This document shows positions 59,402 through 64,000 of a stretch of 64,000 bases of DNA, piece after piece. This DNA comes from Balamuthia mandrillaris (Eukaryota), in the NCBI GenBank assembly GCA_031835245.2, contig JAVKOQ020000075.1, forward strand, positions 124,001-188,000, in the 5' to 3' direction. The position numbers and the translations under genes were made by a program. Every line of letters starts with the position of its first letter. The stretch's first letter is position 1. The notes under the pieces are model-generated. The model did no database searches. It had not been told where the DNA came from and worked only from the letters and a program-made list of their open reading frames with translations.

Positions 59402-61739
59402 ATGAGGAAGAGAGGAGCAGGCGGGAGGCGAGGCTTCCCGCTGCATGAGGCCGTGGCGGCGGGGGATGCCGACCGAGTGCGACACCTTTTGCAGGTTCTC
59501 AGGGATGGAGAGCAAGCACAGCCACCACCGCCCCAGGATAGAAAGGAAGAGGAGGAAGAGCCGGAGAAAGAGCAGCTTCCTCCCTTTGGGGTAAACGATA
59601 GGAACGAGGAAGGGCTCGCCCCGCTGCATCTTGCCGCTCGGCAGGGGCAAGTTGATTGTCTCGAGCTTTTGTTGTCCTTACAAGGGCAAGAGGAGAGCTT
59701 AGACGTAAACCTGTTGACGGAGGACGGTCTCTCTCCAATTCAGCTGGCTCTCTATGAAGCCCCCGACGAGGAGCAGCGCAAGGAGCGAACGGTGCGGCTG
59801 CTGTGTCAACATGGGGCGGACACGAACGTGCAGAACGCAGCCACTGGAACTCCTCCGCTGTGGGACGCTGTCTACGCGGGGCTCTCTACTTGCATTCCTA
59901 TTCTAGTTGGTTTGCTCTTCTCTTGCCATTTTGTTGTCGTTCTTCTTCTTATACTCTTGACGCGACAGAACATGGAGCAGATGTGCAGTGCCAAAGTCCA
60001 GAGGGAGAAACCATTCTTTTTGCGGCCATTGCCAATGAACAAGTGGAGACGGTGGCCTATCTCCTGTCCGCAACGGGTGCAGAAGGAGCCAAAGAACTCG
60101 CCAACAAATCCAATTTGGAGGGATACACCGCTCTTCATCTCTGTTGCACTTTATCTTCCTCGCCTTCTCCAAAGCAAGGCGTAGAATCAGCAGCAGTGAA
60201 GATGGCGAGATTATTGTTAGAGAAAGGAGGCGCGGAAGCATCCCTCTTGCTTCGCAACGAGAAGGGCAACACCCCACTTATGGAAGCCATCGAAATGGCC
60301 CGCTCTGAAAAAGAAGCTGAAGGTGACGTTGTTGATGCGGAAGAAATAACTCGTAGCTCTGCTTTGTGCTATCTGCTACAAAGCTGGCAGCGCAAAGCTG
60401 ATCAGAAGGTGAGAGCGAGGAATCCCACCATTCCTCCTGCTGATGGTGCTGACCTCTTCACCAGTTTATTGCTTTCTTCATCATCTCCTGCTTCTTCTTC
60501 TTCTTCTTCTTGTTCTTCTTCTTCTTCTTCTTCTTCTTCTTCTTCTTCTTCTTCTTCTTCTTCTTCGTCTTTGTTCGAGAGAAGGCCATTGCTGTGGCGG
60601 ATAGTAGACTATTTGCAACATCCAAAGCAGCTTTGCGAGATGGAATTGGTTAGCAAAGATGTACGACATTGTCTTCTCTCCATTGGCCAGAAGAGTTCCT
60701 CAGCTTCTTCATCGTCTTCGTGGTTGGAACCATGGCATGCACTCTACCTTCGATGGTTCAGAGATGAGAAAGAAGAAGCAAAAGAAAATGAAGAGCGGAA
60801 AAGACGAAAGCAAACAGGCAAGATATGGGGAACGGTTTACGGACAGGGTTCCAGCTTCTACGCCATGAAACTATTCCAGGAGGAAGAACGAAGCGAAGGT
60901 TCGTCATGGAAAAGTTGGTTCATGGAAAGATATCTGCTGGAAACCTGCGATCCTTCTCTCCACAAGAACATTGACGGCTTCCTCTGTTTCTGTTTCCACA
61001 ACGCGTTATCCTTTTCCATCAACAAAGAAGCAGAACAAAGATGCGAAAGTGAAGGAGAAGGAGGGGAGTGGAAGATAAACGGTCCGATGGAAGCATTGCA
61101 GTCGACCATCCTCTTCGCTCGCTCCGCTTTCGAGTATCGTCGTTATAGAGCCACATGCATGGTGCATAGAGCCACCGCTCGAAGGATGGTCGTGCAACCA
61201 GTTCCTTTCCAACGGACCACACGTGGTCCACTGGAAAGAGAAGGCAAAGCCCATGCTCATCTTCTTTGCTTCTACGAGGACGATCTCAGTCGTGATGACA
61301 CAGACGCATCCTTCCTTACCTTTGAAGATAACGTGCGTTCTTTTTTCTGTTAGGCGTGTTTTGCGGTGTTGTTAGTGACTCTCCTTGGTTTTTTTTTTGT
61401 TTGTGTTTGAATTAAGAAGGCATTGGAGGGAGATGAACCACGCCTCCTTGTTGGCATTCGGTCAACTTCGAGTGGCAATGATGGAGGTGAGAAAGGCAAT
61501 TCATCTTCCAAACAACAGTTGGTACGCGAAGCCTGTAAAAAGGTTTCTCTCTCGCTCTCTCTTTCTCTCGCTGGAATGACTTTTCATCTTAAACAACATA
61601 TTCTTCCTCTATTCAGTACCGGTGTGATGTGATGTATTGCTCTGTGTCAGACGGAGAAGGCGTGCACGCTATTTTTGAGCGTCTTATAAGCCTCTGCGAT
61701 CATATGGAGTGTTGTAGGAATGTAGACACAAACGAATAA
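59402..61739 (+). CDS. Ankyrin-repeat protein with an F-box-like motif and a degenerate Ras-like C-terminal region
   Basis: PLHEA, PLHLAA, GYTALH, GNTPLMEA ankyrin repeats; LLWRIVDYL..LCEMELVSK..W; spliced PRLLVG and YCSVSDGEGVHAIFERL. Confidence 0.78.
60474..60571 (+). repeat. (TCT)n coding repeat producing a poly-Ser tract
   Basis: Trinucleotide array in frame within the ankyrin gene. Confidence 0.85.
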
Positions 61740-61804
61740 AGTGCAATGTGTATATTTGGGAGTAGAGTTTTTATGTTTCCAAAAAAAAAAAAAAAACCGC
61801 CTTA

Positions 61805-64000
61805 TTACAATGACTGCAGCTGGTTCAGCAATTTTTTCCACTCGTCCGCCATCTGATTTGCCGAATTGTTCAATTTTTGTTCTACCGGAGCACGAGAGAG
61901 AGAGAAACTACAAGAAAGTAACAAACCTGCACAGTGGAGTCCATGGAACATTTGGCATATTCGCGGAGAGCTCTGGTGATTTGAGTTGCTTTTGTTTTCT
62001 CAAAACGGACGATCTCATTCTTAACGCTGATAGGTTCAAATTCACAAAAGTGAGTATTTTCACAAATTGAATGGTTTAGCAGGAAGTGGGGTCGACATTT
62101 CACTTACCTGTCGCTTATCATCTCAAATTCATCTTTGTTGCTTTCAATCCTCTTTTCCAACTTTTTGGGTATTGTTTTTTTTTTTTTAAAAAAAAAGAGA
62201 GGCATATAAGCTGCAAGAAAAAGAAAGTAACTGAAGAGAAACAAACCTCTGTGATTTCATTTTCAACCGCAGTAGCTTTGTTGGTTCCTTTCACTTTGTC
62301 CAATCGGTCTCGTTTGCCAGCGAGCTGCTTTTCGAGATGCTGCAACTCAGCCAGGGAGGTTAATCTATTGTTTAGAGTGGTTTTAGCAGCCTCCAACACT
62401 CTTGTATGATGTGCTATGACCTCCTCGAAATAAACCTGTGATAAAACGCAATTAGCAATCATCAGAGAAAAGATAATTTGATAGTAAGAGAGGAACGAAG
62501 GAGCTCACTTCTTGGTCGCCAACGGCCTCTTGAAGAACGAGACGAACACCCTCGCTAGCGTCTCCAAGTTTGGACCAATGCAGCCCCAGCTTATTGTCAA
62601 GAGCTTTCAGAGGAGATGCAATGGAGAACTCAACCCGTTCACTTGGTGCATCGCCCTTTGACTCTGGCTCTTCCTCTCCTTCCTCCTTTTCTTGTTTGTC
62701 AACGGAAGAGGCAGCAGAGGAAGCAATACTGTACTTGTCTTCTACATCAGATACAGCCTTTGCTGCCATACTAAAGTCATAAATCAAATTTGCAAGCTCT
62801 AAATCATTGTAAAAGTAAATAGCCAGCCAAAGATTCAAATAATGCAAGAACCAAAGCAAAGTACCTCTTCTCTTGGCACTCAAAGTCTGAGAAGATTGCA
62901 ACATGGTGGCCAAACTGTCAGAAAGGTCAGCGAGGTAGTTCTTCTTCTCTTCGAACCACTGATCGACCTCCTGCGGCGCGCTCATCGTGACCGCCGAAGA
63001 AAGAAAGGAGAAAACCTTCTTGGTGTAGCCTGCTTGTGGCTTTTTGGTCTTTGCCTCTTCCAACGACTCACCGTTGGCCTCAAGGAAAGTTTGAAGGCAC
63101 TCGCTGGTGCAGAGAATAGGATGTTGCACCACTTCACGGAGAAACTGTTGCAACTCTCGGCGTCTTCTTTCGATGAAGAACGTGTCGAAGCGATCTGTGA
63201 TAGAAGGACGAAACGAAAGAAAGGAAGTAAGTAAGTACAAGTTCTTCAGAAATGTATGCTGACAGAAACACTCACTTTGAATGATGGTCTTCTCAGGCAA
63301 AGGAGGAATGATGACGCCCTTGAAATTTTCACCGAGGCGGTCATGCAGCCAGAAAAAGTCGCTGTAGCGCCTCTCCACTGTGAACTGTTTCTGGTGGTAC
63401 TGAGCCAAAGAAGTCTGTTCCGTTTGTTATCAATTAGTTTTGTTTTTAAAAAAAAAAATAGTACAAAGGAAGAAGAAGGAAAAAAGAAGAACAAGAAGAG
63501 ATAAACAGTGGCATGGAAACAAAGAGCAAAAAGGAAGAAGCAAACCTTGACGTTGACTTTGTAGGTGACATACGCCTTCATGCCCTCGCCGTGCTTTTCG
63601 TATTCGCCCAACGTTATCTGAAACGCTTTCGACGAAGCAGAAGAAGATGCAGAGGAGGAAGAAGCGGAAGATCCACCTTCTTCCTTTGCTTCCTCTTCCA
63701 CTACTACTTGTTCGTCGTGTCCCTTATCTCCTTCCTCGTCATGTTGCGCAGGAGGAGCAACGTTTGAAGCAGCTTGTAAGGCACCCCCAAAGAAGGACTC
63801 TGTCATGCTCGACTTCATATCCTGATAATTTTCTTCTTCCTCTTCACTGTCGGAGGAAGTTACGACCTCTTCCTCCTTTTGGAAGATGAATGAATTTTTG
63901 CTGATGACCCAAAAAAAAAAATCTCTCACTCCCGCTCAAAACAAAAGAAGCCTACCTCAGCTGTAAAAGGAGACGCGATGTTGCCAAACTGTTCTGACAT
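61805..64000 (-). CDS. PX-BAR sorting nexin (SNX1/2/Vps5-like); candidate ATG at the window edge
   Basis: YVTYKV, VERRYSDFFWLH..GVIIPPLPEK, FIERRRRELQQFL..HPIL, EVDQWFEEKK, BAR helices, ends MADEWKKLLNQLQSL*. Confidence 0.9.

Overview
This is a gene-dense eukaryotic window with short GT-AG introns, intronic (CT)n/(GA)n tracts and very short intergenic spacers. An amoebozoan, possibly Balamuthia-like, is an inference from genome style and gene content, not a demonstrated result. About 30 spliced genes can be reconstructed by eye. Housekeeping genes include RPF1, DR1/NC2beta, SURF6, GEMIN2, UTP14, STX18, SPAG7-like, TFB5, a PX-BAR sorting nexin, an RBR E3 ligase and a GATA factor. The more unusual items are: (i) a head-to-head PARG plus ADP-ribosylglycohydrolase pair whose start codons are 69 bp apart, running into a sharp ~1.9 kb AT-rich island; (ii) a ~4 kb accessory island (13-17 kb) with a Crinkler/RHS-type NTPase-REase gene fused tail-to-tail to a truncated Ty3/gypsy-like gag with a PBS, carrying several perfect inverted duplications; (iii) two unannotated structured-RNA candidates; and (iv) several odd domain architectures (acid ceramidase plus Zn finger, membrane tandem pseudo-SOD, ankyrin-F-box-degenerate GTPase, stand-alone voltage sensor, atypical Rho). 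Gene spans run from start to stop codon including introns and were assembled manually, so internal exon boundaries and some ends are approximate.
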